Shown: positions 11,165-23,828 of the stretch, piece by piece
Position numbering within the stretch: position 1 is the stretch's first letter
How the letters are laid out: every line of letters begins with the position of its first letter
Source: Moniliella sp. 'wahieum'
Taxonomy: Eukaryota
Length of the DNA stretch: 64,000 nucleotides
Direction: 5' to 3'
Assembly (NCBI GenBank): GCA_003971905.1
Contig: RSEE01000027.1
Location: forward strand, 372,001-436,000
Made by a program: the position numbers and the translations under genes
The notes under the pieces: generated by a model
What the model was told of the DNA's origin: nothing
The model's database searches: none
The model's input: the letters and a program-made list of their open reading frames with translations, nothing else

Positions 11165-13807
11165 TTACGTGTCGCTAACCAACGGGGCATCGAACACCAC
11201 CCGTGCCACATGTTCGGCCCTCCGTGCACCAGGCGCTAGAAGACCCATATCATGTAGAGCAGTGAGGGAAGTGGTAAAGCGGGCTTGGATCTCTTGCTCC
11301 GCCGCGGCGGGCTCAACTTCTTGTCTGTGCCAGTGCACCCCCTCCGGCTCTGGCTCGGACAAGGGCGAACTGGACAAGTCTTCCTCCTGCGTTTCGGCCG
11401 GGGCAAGAGGCGCGGTCTCCGTCCAAACCCCCTCGCTTGTGGTCGCCGGAACACGCTGGGAAAATACACCCCACCAATCGCGAGCGAAGCAAGCCGAGGT
11501 TGCTCCGCCATGAGTTGATAGGCAACCGCCATATCTGGCTGAATGCGTGCCGAGGCAGCCTGCAAAAGAAAGGTGCGCAGCCGGTGGACCAACTGCTTGT
11601 CTGCCTTAGGATCCGATGCAATTCGTCCAGTGATGCAGCAAGTGCCAGTTCAGGAAGCTCCAGCGCCAGCTGTACATCCGTCCTTGGCGAAGGCAGCAGC
11701 CGTCGCCGGGCATCATTAACAGCCGCGGCAGATGGCAGCCAGGCATCGGCCAAGGGGATACAGGTGGCCGGAACTTGAAGCAGATTCCTAGTTCACAAAG
11801 GTTAGTTTTCATGTGTGTGCTCAAGCCCAGTTTTCAGCTCTCGCATTGTGAGGCGCGTCACATACAGAAACATCTCGCCCACCCAATTTGCGGCCTTGGC
11901 CAAGGCCTGCTCTTGTTGCAACACTTTCTCGCCATCAAGAGGACCCACATCTTGGTCCACGAACGGATCAAGGGAAGCAATCAGAAAACGTGTCCTATCA
12001 CCTTGAGCGGTCGATTGAAGCGTATGGGCCAGAGGCAATGTCCCAGTGGACGAACGCAGTCGGGATAGGTTGGACTCGTCATTTCCTCCCAATGGAAACG
12101 GTCGTTTCAGATCTTCCACCGCCTCTGAAGCATCACTCTGCAGCTGAGCCAACGCCCGTTGCGCACTCCGAGGCGAGGCCGAGCACAGCGCGCTCTTGGC
12201 TTTGTTCACGTACGGTTCCAGTGTCCGCCATGAAGGCGCCAGAGATGCAATCAAGATTGACAGTACCAGGCCACGGTCGTCCCCAGATGTGCCAACTTGA
12301 TCCGCACGGGGGTCCTTCTTGGCGTCCTCGTGCATTTCGGACTCTTTGAGGGACCGGGTGAAGCCAGCTAGCAATTTGGCAGCCCAAGCACGATGCGCCA
12401 GGGCGGGGTACACGACAGAGGCCGTATGCACAAGGTATCGCATCAAACTCCCCTGCGCTGTTGCCAAATCCGTATCGCTTTCGCTCTTTTGATTCAGAAG
12501 ACAATGAAGGCACCAACTGCCGGATTCCAGCAACCAATCGCGTTCCGATTGGTGCACCGCCTTCAAGGCGTGAGGGGCGGTCTCCTCAGGCTCTAATGTG
12601 TTTTGAGTTACGACACAACGGGCAAGAGCCACGCCGTACGCTTCGGGTGTCCACATATCGCACTGCGGCTCTCTCTTTCTCCTCTTGCTCCATTCCCCTG
12701 GGGGTAAGGAGTGCCGTAAAAGGATCCGAAGTGAAGTGACTCTGAAGAACCAAGACAGAGCGGCGGCCGCTCGTGACAGAACCTGACCGGGCGGTGCCAA
12801 CTGCACAATGCTTGGACGAGCTGGATGGCAGAGTAGGAAAGCGCAACACTCAAATCTTCGGGGTTTGAATGAGCGGGACGGTGTGGTAGACGCGTGATGT
12901 AGCTTGTTCCGTTTGGGGTGGGGGCTGAGCAGCTGCTTGTCTAGGGGGAGGGGTAGATAAGGTTGCTCCAACCCCAACAAATAGGCCAGGAAGAGGTCAA
13001 CCTCCTGCTGCGCCGTGATCCGGGGAGTGAAGTGGATACTCCTCGCTTTGGTTCGCAGTTGAATCGGAGAGGCAAGCCAGCGTTCTTTGGTAGGACAAAC
13101 GGCAAGCAGAACGATGGCCGGCGGAATATCGTACACATCCGTCGGGGAGGCCAGAGCTTCTTGCAAGCTGAACACCACGTCGGCAATAGGCTGGTCAAGG
13201 CAAGGACATAACAAAACAAATGATGACACCTCTCAACGCCAGATGCCTGCATCGCGTCGGTAGGACGCTCAAATCCCCGGCGGCAAGGGCTTGATGGCAT
13301 CTTCATCGCTTACCCCGTCCAGGGGTGGGAAAAATGCGGCAAGTTGTGTACCCACGGAGGCCAACAGCGATGCTCTCGCCATCCCCCCTCCGCCTGGAGC
13401 CGTAGATGGCTGGGGTGGAGTAGGGATCCGCGCCAATGTGGCACGTTCCAGGGCTGTGGCTACGTTGTTGAGTATCCCGGCATGGGGAAGAGGACTGCAT
13501 GGATCCCACCATCCGTCTGGCCGAGGGGCACGGATGGCTCAGGCTTCGCATCCACGACATCCTGGACGAGGTGCTGGGTGGGGCTTAGAAGGTGGTTCTG
13601 AGCATGGAGCGCGGCTCGTTGGATGCGGCGTTGAAGCGTGCGAAAGTGTGCGTGACGGCGGGCGGCGGCGGCGGCTTCCTCTGTCGGGAGCGGGGGCCAC
13701 GCCCGGTCGATCTGTTGGTGGGGAGGAGCATGCTTGCGTTTTCCTCTGCGCGCAGGAGGTGGTAGCAGAGACTCTACCGCAGACGTGCGCGAGCTGGGGA
13801 ACGACAT
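11165..13807 (-). CDS. ORC3: Origin recognition complex subunit 3 (divergent)
   Basis: C-terminal EIQARFTTSLTALHDMGLLAPGARRAEHVARVVF matches the ORC3 winged-helix end (ARF..A..EL..LG..KP...K.DHVARL). PDMAVAYQL and PSPRTDVQLALELP also match ORC3 blocks. 5' end uncertain: a possible upstream intron end (CTAAC..CAG) lies near 13817-13845. Confidence 0.75.
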
Positions 13808-14054
13808 GGCCGCCCTGGGGCGATGGTGGTGGTGGTGGTGTTAGTGAGTTGATCACGTTGATCTTCTCGTTCTCCTCAAAGTTGCAAATAAAATGGTAGT
13901 GTTTATAAACGCGACTAGTACGCCGGTGGAACTGCAGTAGTACCGGGTATCACTACATCACTACGGTGCTAGTGGATTTTTCTCGTTTAGTTTCGCCAAC
14001 CAGTGTCCGCTGTACACATGACAGTCGATAATGTGCATTGCCATTTCCACATTT

Positions 14055-15785
14055 TCAGCTCGAGCTGGACGGCGCGAGGCCCCGCAGCGCCGGCGCCAAA
14101 CGGGCCAGAGCAATGAGGACAGCTTCTTCGGTGCGGATGGTACGCGAGCCTTGGTCTTCCGCCACGTTAATCCACGCATCGAATAGCTGGTGTGCTTGCC
14201 CCGCAGGCAAAGGGATGCCCTCGTCGTGTTCCACCGCCACCTCCAGTCCAGCCACACACCAAAGACGATCAGAGCATGCTGGAAGGGCCGCAGAGCAACA
14301 GCCTCGTCTGCAGCAGGTGGTTCTGCACCAGGCACAACCCCGCCGAAGCGGCCGCCTCGGGCTGGGAAGCAAATGTCTTGCTCAACACTTGAGTCAAAGC
14401 CGCCCCTCGCTCCGAGGTGCCGATGACCAGGTCGTACGCATCCACACCCCGTTCGGGAGCGGGGACAAAGGTGGAAGACTTGAACACATCCGCCAGTGAG
14501 GGGGCGAAACGAATGGCATAGCCCCAGTACGTTCCGTCTTCTTGCGTTGGTGTCGAACGAGGAACCAAGGTGGCTTCTTGGGTTACTGCTCCACTCATCC
14601 GGTGCTTTTGTCTGGGCATGCGAACCGTAACCCTCGTTCCGGCTTCCAGAGAGCCACGAGTGCCGTCCTCGTTGAGCGGGGGGATGACGTGCACTGGGTC
14701 CCACAGCCCAACATCTACATCCCACGATCCCTTCACTCCGCGGTTGCGCCCTCCCTTGGGAGATGGCCCGATAATAACACCCTCTCGGAACCGAGCGTCG
14801 TCGTCCCGGCGAACGTGGGCGGGTAAGTCCAATGGAGGTAACAGCCCTGCCAAACGCAGATCAGGGTGCATAGGAGTCAAGGCTCTGCGGAGATATTGTG
14901 GAATCTCGAGATAGGACAGAAGACGGATCATAAACTGATCAGGATCGAACTCAGACTTGCTCCCATCCTCCTCCGTAGCAGTGTCCATGCTTCGGTCGCC
15001 ATGCCGGCCACCAAACCCACCACGAAATCCTCCACGGCCACCACGTACAGGGCGACCGCCCCGCGGAGGAGGCATAGCAGGAGGTGGAGACGCGTCGTGC
15101 CACACTACAATCTCGTCAATGTTGAAGATAGCTGCTGCACGGCAATGTGAGCGACCAGGCGAGCACGTAACTCGGGCGACTGGGCATTGAGAACAACGCT
15201 GCCAGGAACAGCCAAGGATACGGTCTGTCCAGGCGGCCAAGAGTGTGGTGAGTGCCCACTGCCGAGGGCTTGTAAGGGTTGTTCTGGCGAAGAACTCGGC
15301 ACCCTCGCTCTGGCTATTAGACGTGGATACTTCGTCCGCGAACTTGACCGTCCGGGGCCGCGCAGGCTCGTGCTCTTTTCCTTTGCTACAGCATCAGTGG
15401 AGGGCTGAGGCGCCTTGGAGGGGACAGCAATGTTAAGGGAAATGTCGTCGGTCAGGGAAATGCTGTCCCAGAATGACGCACTTTCACCCGATTCCTCCGT
15501 AGCAGGAGGAGCGTCATCGGAAGATGGGGCGATGGATGCGGAATGAGAGCGCTTGCGAGAGAGGGCGGGCTTGAGAGCGGGTTTGGCGAGCGAAGAAGGA
15601 CTGGTTGGGCCGGAAGGGGGCGCCGCGGGATGCAGGTGCTCGACGGCAGCGACCGACGTATCAACCGCAGGTGCAGCGGGACTAGCCACCGACACATCGC
15701 CCTCGGTGTCCTGGTCGGTCCCGTTCTTCTTGCCGCGCGAGCGACGGCGACGTTTGCGGGGAGCGTCTGCGCCAGCGTGATCCAT
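14055..15785 (-). CDS. SPOUT-family RNA methyltransferase (SPOUT1/C9orf114-like)
   Basis: Motifs TVSLAVPGSVV.NAQ, AAIFNIDEIVV, LSYLEIPQYLRR, AGLLPPLDLPAH, YWGY, YDLVIGTSERG and QGSRTIRTEEAVLIAL. Basic NLS-like RKRRRRSR near the N-terminus. Confidence 0.9.
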
Positions 15786-16486
15786 GGTGGGTGGGACGGA
15801 AGCAGGATGAGTCTCCTCAGGCCGCGCTAACACTCGAGTCGTTCCCCCTCTTCTTTGGTGAAAGGGAGCGTTGGCTGCCAAAAAAATCGATCGGTGCAAG
15901 CAGGCAGCGGGCCATAGACTGGGCAAGGTAGGGTTGCTATTGGCAGCCTCCAAAATTTGTGAGGTCCACATCACGCATCGCACATCACAGGTGACGCGTG
16001 ATACACGTGACGCGTGATGCCTCTTCTTTCTGTCAACTCAATGTGACCGGTGACCGGCGACCGGTGACCGGCGACCATTAATGAGGAGAGTAATGTCGAG
16101 AGAGGGTTGCAGCTGAAGCTCTGAAGTTCGTGAAGCCGAAGGAGGTAGTGGCGACCGCGGTGGCGTTGTCGTGAGCACCAAGATCGCCAGCCAACCACAT
16201 GGACGGGTGTTGGAAGCAGGCGGGACTTTTGGACACGTAATGCGCTGCGGTGCCACAGGGGCTGGCAGCAGTAGAACGCACAGACCACCCGCCCACTGGC
16301 GCGGTGCCTCCCGACAGCCCCCACCCATAAGATCTAAGAAGCGTCTGGACGGGTCCGCTGATCGATCGGTCGGCGCTGAGCCGTGCTGATATCCAGCCGG
16401 CCTCATCTACGCTTGCAATGACACCGGGTTGGAATCGCGCCGGCCTCCGCTAACCCCTGTCACCATCCCCCGTCCCCTCCACGCCC

Positions 16487-17549
16487 ATGACCACTCTCAC
16501 CCTCGGTCCCGACTTTTCGCCACAGGTGGGCACCATTGGCCAGGAGCCAGCCGCACTGTCCAAGCTCATCGCCGACACGTTTGCCGACTCTCCCATCCCG
16601 CTGGCCAGCAGCCCCCTGGATACCACCTCGCCCTCCAGCTCGCCGACAAGGTCATTCTTGCTGTCCAGGCTGATCCAGGCAAGGCGGATGAGATCCTGGA
16701 CTGGCTGTTGGCTGCAACCTCGGGTCCTCACCGGGGCGGGCCCGAGAGTTTGGACGGGTGGGCGCATGACTCGTACATCGGTCCTGCATGGCAAGGTCCG
16801 TCTCCCTCGCGCCTGCGTCCAAGCAATGGTCGTCAGGCCTACGTTGTCGAGCACGTGCTTGCCCGCTACAAGGCCATCTGGGACGATATGGACCATGTCA
16901 CCTCCGACCCCTGGACTGGGACACCAGCCCCGAGGGGCCGAGCAAGCGGCTGGCCCAGGCACGACTCATCCTGGGTCCCACCCTGTTACTCGGCTACCTG
17001 TTCACCATGGACCCCTTCCGCGCCCAGGCATGGGATGCGGTCCAAGACATCATTCGCCGAGTGGGCATGACCCCAGGGAGTCACTCGGGGGGGTATTTGG
17101 CTTTAGCTGCCATCATCGAGACCGCGGCGCCTGCGCTGGACGAATGGACCCACCCGGCCCCCGATGGTGAAGGTGTCTTTGGCTGGGGCACCCACTGGCT
17201 CGAAATTTATGCGACGGTGCAGAACCCTACCAACGGTGGACCTTCCGTTCGGCTTGCCACTTCACGGCCTCGCGCGACTGGCGGCCGTCACCCAAGCACA
17301 TGGACCACATGCCTAAGCCCGTCCGCCGCCTCTTTAATGACATTTCTGCTTTGGCCCAACGCTGGGCCCAGGCTGGTTCGCTACGCCATTCGTCCTTTGG
17401 CTACCCCCCCGCCCTCACGAGTTTGGGTGCAATGGAGAAGTATGGCTGGTTTCTTCAAGAAGACGATGCTTGAAGAGCCAGAAGGAGGCAAGCCATTGCC
17501 CGGCTTGTTGTACCTTCCTCAAAACCTGTGGGGCATGTGTCGTGAGTAA
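16487..17549 (+). CDS. Hypothetical helical protein (possible remote MIF4G/HEAT-like fold)
   Basis: Overlapping ORFs 16487/16429/16788 stitch into ~350 aa with coding-like composition. Family not securely recognised. Confidence 0.5.
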
Positions 17550-17976
17550 ATGAAGTGTTGGTAGCAGTGGGGTCTACGGCTCTCCTACCACCAGGGGTCC
17601 GTTTGTGCATTAGCGCTTAGCTCTCCAAGAACTCCCTTTATGGAACGTCACACGAACCTCGTAAAAGAGGGTAGGCTGGCCTACGGGCTGGCCCCCACAA
17701 TCTTAGTTCTGCCCTGTCTGTTCTACATTTAGTCCGAGCGTGGGGTTATGGCCAGTATAGCGGGGTCCAAAACCCGCCACACGCTCTGCTTCAAGCTTCA
17801 ACACGTCTGTTTCTCTTTTTTGTGGGTAATTCCCCCCACCTGTTGCCCCAGACATCTGCGGGGGTGTTGTCAACATCATCATCAACCACAACCCAATGAA
17901 ATAAAGGCCTTTTCTTCGGGACACCATGGTGATCCATATTTCTATCTCTTTTTGTAGAGGTAGGGAAGTATCTCTG

Positions 17977-18035
17977 TGCCTTGCTTTGCTTTGCCTTTCC
18001 TTGCTTTTCTATGCCTTGCCATGCCATGCCTTGCC
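17977..18035 (+). repeat. Degenerate pentanucleotide microsatellite (TGCCT/TGCTT/TGCCA)n
   Basis: tgccttgctttgctttgcctttccttgc...tgccttgccatgccatgccttgcc. Confidence 0.8.
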
Positions 18036-19515
18036 TGAGTTCGGTTGGGGCAGAAGCCGTGAGGGGTTCCACTTGCATAATAGCAGCTACATGTAGTGGA
18101 ACCACAGCTTTCGCTAGCAATAAATGTGGTTAAGACCCGCCTCAGGCACATCGAGATAAGCTACGAGTCGATGAGGCCCTTTGAGAGCACATATGTGTAC
18201 TCATGCTGACATGCGTTGTGCTGGTCACATGTCACAGCCCTACAACACATCTTGGGGTCGACGCAAAGCCCAGTGTGTTGATCTGTATATAGAGACAACG
18301 GATGGGTACTGTGGCGGCGTGCCCCGACGAAGCGCTGCTACTGTAGTGGGGGAGGGACTGCCAGGGTGGGGGACAGCAGGGGGAAACGCATCGAAGGTAG
18401 TGCGACATGGCCAGAAATCTGAAGCTTCAAGCTTAGCGCTTATTGGCGCTTTGAAGAGGCGGCCTGTCTGAGATGGAACTCTATTGAGCAGGACAAAGAG
18501 AGGGGGAGGCAGTAGCGGGACAACTCATGCCGTCACTCCGCCGGCTGAGCTCAGCCTGCGGGAGGATATGTCCTGTAGTCGTGGTCAGCAGAATTGTGGT
18601 TGCGGTTATAACCGACCTATTTCCTCGTCTTCACCCTTGGCAGTCACTCTTCCTTGTCGCTCTCTCCACCGGCCGAAGAGGGCCGACGCCACAAATGTTG
18701 GGGGTCACGTCAACACTTCTCAGATCTCATCAGCATCAACCTTCAAGCTGCTCAGCGCGCTCAGCCAGCTTCAAGCTTCACAAGGCTCCACAGCCGCCGG
18801 GAGGTGAATGTGTGTTCTGACGACGTTCAGCATTTTCCCCACCTTCCTCCGACAGACCCACAAGTCGAGGGGTTCAGGGGCTAGTGTGGGACCAAACACT
18901 GGCGTAATGCATTATCCATCATGCTCCCCCATCAGGCCTCAAGCGTCTGTGATGCCGCCGGGATGAGGGAGCAGCAGGCAGCACAACTGCAGGACGGTGC
19001 CTGAAATACAAATGGCTACTAGCAGATGCTTCAACTGCTACTGTGGGCGTATATTACCTGCTGAGCTGAGCGCTGGTCTGGCCTCCCTCAGGCCTGAGCC
19101 TCAGGTCTCACAGCGCCAGAGGCCATATCCTGCGCCGCCACAGGGACTTCAAGCTCACAGGCTGTCCGGGTCGCTCCCGCTTGTGGTCAATGCCACATTG
19201 TCAGCGCTGTCCTCAACTTCTTTACTACGCCTTAGTTGTCCCAACCTGCTTCTACTGCACTCAGTACTCATCACTAATCCCGCCGGGTGTCTGTGCCTGC
19301 TGTGCCTCGTGTGGAGCTTGCCGCGCCCCCCACTCTGTTTCCCCTTCAGTGAACCTCTGAACAGCCGTTCCTGGACCTTCGTTAGTTTGTATATCAGTAC
19401 CGGTCTTCTATAGTATCAGCTGTTAACGTGTGAACCCACACCCGCAGGTTCCTTTATCACCACCACCACAGCCGCTGTTACGGTAGCATCCTACTTTTCT
19501 CAGGGCTATACCAGC

Positions 19516-20633
19516 ATGCCGCAGATCTTGCACTCCTTCCGCCAACCAAAGGACGTCGAGTCCTCCCAGGACGGCCACGTGCCCGAAGGTGAAGAGACGA
19601 GGCCGGGCTTGCCCTCCATCTTTCGTGCTGTTACGCGTACGTATCCCCTTCTCTGTGCTCTCCCTTATTGATGGTCTGCAGAGAGTGCGTGCTGATTTTA
19701 GTATACAGCTGGGGGGCACACCCTTGATACATCCCAACCGGCATTCCCCGTATTCCATCGGTACGCACCCTCCGCCCTGCAATCCCTCTTTCTCTGCAGC
19801 TGTGGTACCACAACAATCATAAACTAACTGTTGTTTATACCCCTCCCTTCACCAACAGGAAGTTCGCTTCTCCCTCGCCTCTTGGTCTTTCGCCTTTGCC
19901 ACCACCACCTTCATCCTCTCGCTTTTCAACGTGGGAGCCAGGGGTGTCAGTCACCCCAACCTGATTGTTGCCCCTGCCCTGGCAACCGGAGGACTGGCAC
20001 AGCTAATCGCCGGCATCTGGGAGTTCGCGTCGGGTATGTCCATTCGTTCATATCCTTTGTCTCCTCCTATTCACCGAATATAACAAGATGACGCTGACTC
20101 TCTTTTCTGTTGCGTTTGCGTTTGCGATTGCGCTTTTATCTTCCTTTTCCTTTTCTACACAATAGGTAATACATTTGGCGCTACAGCCTTCTGCATGGTA
20201 CGCATTCACTGTCCTGATAAAAACTAACGCCATGGTAACGTGCTAACTCTCATTGTCCACAGTATGGGAGCTTTTGGGTTGGGTTTGCCATCATCTTTAT
20301 CCCTTGGTTTGGCATCCAAGGGGGCGTCCCCGCGACGAACTGGATTCGAGCATTGGGATCTTCCTTGCCACCTGGTTCATCGTCACATTCATCTTACTCT
20401 TTGCTACGCTGCGCGCTTCGCTGGCCCTCTTTTCTGTGATCGCATCGCTCACCATCACGTTTCTCTTGCTCTTCTGCCACTACTTGTCGGGCAATTCACA
20501 CGTGGGTACCGCAGGCGGCGCCTTTGGCATCCTATGCTCCGCATGTGCCTTCTACACTGCCGCCACGGGCGTCATCACTGCCGACACGTCCCTCTTTGTC
20601 CTCCCGGCAGGCGATTTGACCCGCAAAGACTAA
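19516..20633 (+). CDS. GPR1/FUN34/YaaH (ATO/Ady2, AceTr) acetate transporter
   Basis: Spliced reading gives QPAFPVFHR|KFASPSPLGL..TTFILSLFNV..GGLAQLIAGIWEFASG|NTFGATAF..|YGSFW..GIFLATWFIVTF. Introns at ~19637-19708, 19761-19858, 20034-20165 and 20198-20282. Probable 5'UTR intron at 19381-19447. Confidence 0.92.
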
Positions 20634-22817
20634 CCACAGCGTTCTCACTCGCCCTCCTTCCGGGCTCGTTCTCTCTCGCTTAATTGTACGATCGCGGCTC
20701 TCTCTTCACCTCTACTTGGCCTCCTCCCCCCCGCGCGCCTCCCCCTTCTCGCCCTTCCTTCCCAAGTTATATATATATAATCTTGCCTCCATCATTGCTT
20801 GCCATTGCGCTGTGGAACGACATAATACCAGTTCGGATTCATTTGCTGTAATGGCGGTAGAGGACCGCTCCACAGGTCAGTTCATGGTTAATGTCTGTGC
20901 ATGAGTTCATACACAACACCTCCCTATCTTATGTAATATTGACGTTCCACCCTTGTCCCGGCCCCTTTTGCGTTGCGAGATACACATCGTCCTGTGGTCC
21001 CTTCGCGACGATAAGTGCATGGATTTTATTTCCCCTGTGGACGACCCAGACTGCCACCAGATGGACTAGCACATACCCCTCTTTCGATTACTTTCCTCAA
21101 CCTTTCATAGTGTGCGTCCTCGTCACCCACCTTTTCGCCCCATGGGAGAGACCACCCCATTCCGTCTGGGTTAAGTACCTACGTTACGACGGCAGACACC
21201 AACCAACCCCCATGCGGCGTGGAGCCAAGGCAATCAACTGTTCCGCGCGATGGTTAATATAGTTGTGGTACAGTATGTTCCGGTGTTGCGGCCTCCGGGT
21301 CGAACGGCCCCGGCAGGTTCCGGTCCGCTGGGCCCTAGTTTCATTTTGCGAGAGGATGCTGCGAGGTGCTCTGAGGCTGCTCTTGGCGTTTGCCTTTCCT
21401 TGTCTCTGTCGTCTCCCTTACGGCGCGTTGATCGTTGATTGGCATACTATGATGATGCCACAGAAGAGGGAGCACGATGTGTGCGTGCGCCAAAGGAGAC
21501 CTATAACCTGCATCGGGTTCTTCGGGTCCGCACTACTGCAATACTTAATACTCAGCGTCAGCTCAGCTGCCTTTTGTTCTCGTAACGCGTAGCGCGTAAC
21601 GCGTAAACGCACGTGCGGGCCTGGGATTGGTCCAGTGGCGAAGGTGGAACGTTTGCAACCTTGTCTGGTAAGGAGATGGGAGGCGGCAAGTGCACCATCG
21701 ATCATCGATCACCGATTATGGGTCGACCACGGGTCGATCATGCATCATGCATCACAGTCGGGTGTCCGTGTCATGCCATTTCTAGCTCATTGCCGTCCTC
21801 AGCCGCGGAGGGGGGCAAGTCGAACAGACTGAGCAGGCCGAACCCGCTGCGGGGGACGCGGGCAGCGCCAGTTTTGCGGGGGCTGGGACGGGAGCAGTGT
21901 GGCGAAGAATGAGCTGAGCCGCTGAGCCGCGGTATCAGAAGCTAGGTATCCGCGGCTGAGTCAAGCCTGTGGGGGCTGCTGAGAGGTGTAGCAGGTGTCG
22001 CAGGTCTGGCCCAGGCGGCGGAGACCGTAGGGAGAGATAGATAGTAGAGCGACCGGATCCGATCTAGATTCGATATGTTCTTGCTATTAGGGAGGAGTAA
22101 AAGGCCTAAGGTTGGCGCGACTGGATTTTTGACTCTTGCCAAGCGCAGGCTGGGCAGTTCGGAAGGGGGTACGCGGGTACGCAAACACGGGTGCGTCGCC
22201 TGCCTCCCAGCGATCCTCGGCCGTCTCGTGTGGCCCCCGGTGCTGTGTATCCTTTGATGGATGGCATGCGGCTGGATTGGGTTTGGCCAGGGCAGGCCAG
22301 TGCTGTTGGTTGTTGCGATCGACGGAGCGTTGGGAGCTGAGATCGAGGGAGTGTGGGCTGGCTGATCCATCGATGATGGTGATCGATGATCGATGATCTG
22401 ACGCCCTTTAAACACATTCTCAAAATCACCTGCCCACAACGTCATCAACGTCATTGCTGTAGGGCCCGTTCGCGCCGCTTTAACCGGCACAATATGGCCT
22501 GGGCCAGCTGGGCCACCCAAGCTCACACAGTTCTTCTGCCGCCACCGGACGGGGGCCCGGCATTCTGAGATCGGAGATTCGGAGCGCTGAAGCTCGGAAG
22601 GGAGAGAGGAGAGAGGGAGGATGCGTGGGGTTACTCTTCCGCTTGGTGATACTCTCAGCACTCAGCCAGTCTCTTTCTCCGCCGACTCTTTCCGTCTGGG
22701 GGTCTAGGTGCCTCAGGCGAGGCCTCAGCTCTGGCGCCAGTCGGCCTTGCGGCTTCTTGACCTACCACCACCCTCCCCATTATCCCCTCTAACATCTCAT
22801 CTCACCCTTCCCATCTA

Positions 22818-23353
22818 ATGTCGTCGACCATCGAAGAAGCACGCCAAGCCGCCAGCGCCGAGGCCCTGGCCGAGGCCCACGCCGCCACCGAGGCTGCTGC
22901 CCAGGAAGCCAAGCAGGCCGAACGCGAAGCCAAGCTGGCCTCGGCCAAGGCCGACTGGGCCGACTTGAAGGACAAGTGAGTCTCCCTTCTCCCCCCCCCT
23001 CCCCCCGGCCTCTTGCGTGGTGTGCCCAGGTGTGGGATAGCTAATCTCTCGCTGCCTCTTTTGCTTGTTTGATTAATAGGGCGGCCGCGACGGAATCCAA
23101 GATCAGTTCGTCGCTGCAGTCGGCATGGACCACGTTTAGTACGACGCCTACCTACTGGGTTTCTGCTCTGGGTGCGGTCAACCTGTTGCTGCTCGGCGGT
23201 TTGGGCGGGTGGGCGTACACGCGCAAAGAGCAGGTCCAAAAGGTCGACCCGCCCGTTGTCGCCGGCGCGGCGGTCGCGCTGGCGGCGTTGTTGGGCGCAG
23301 AAGGGTATGCGGCAACGAACAAAGCCAAGCAACAGTCGGGAAAGTCCAAGTAG
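22818..23353 (+). CDS. Small two-TM membrane protein, OM14-like (mitochondrial outer membrane)
   Basis: Ala/Glu-rich helix in exon 1. Intron 22976-23079 (GTGAGT..GCTAAT..TAG) splices in frame. The C-terminus VNLLLLGGLGGWAY...AALLGAEGYAA resembles recalled basidiomycete OM14-like proteins. The gene itself is solid; the family call is weaker. Confidence 0.6.
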
Positions 23354-23828
23354 GCTTGAAGCTTGAAGAAGCAAGTGCAGAATGCGGTATGGGTACTATC
23401 ACTTAGCCACGCAACACAAATCCAATCTACTCCATCTAGTTCGTACCAAGGGCCTCTGGCTGGTCTTTTGCTTATAGTTTTGGCAGGGAGCGCAGGGAGG
23501 ATCGTTGTGCGCTGGTTGCAGTTTATCGGTCAAGGTACGCAAACTCCCAAGGCAAATGTCCCTAATTACGCCCTATACACACTTTCCTGGCCAGTAGATC
23601 CATGGAACGCATTCTAATAGCAACTAATCAGTGCCTTTTGGTATAGCCTTGTGATAACGGTCACGATGCATTCTTCCAGAAGATTGAGGGAGCTGATTGG
23701 AGTTGGTGAGCGTTTTGGGAAAGGAACAAGAATAGCGTTGCAAAGGGGTTATTAATGGTTGGTGCTCGACGCTGCTGGAACCAAAACCCCTTAGCACCCG
23801 ATTTCGTCCCCAACCGATCCGTTACTAA

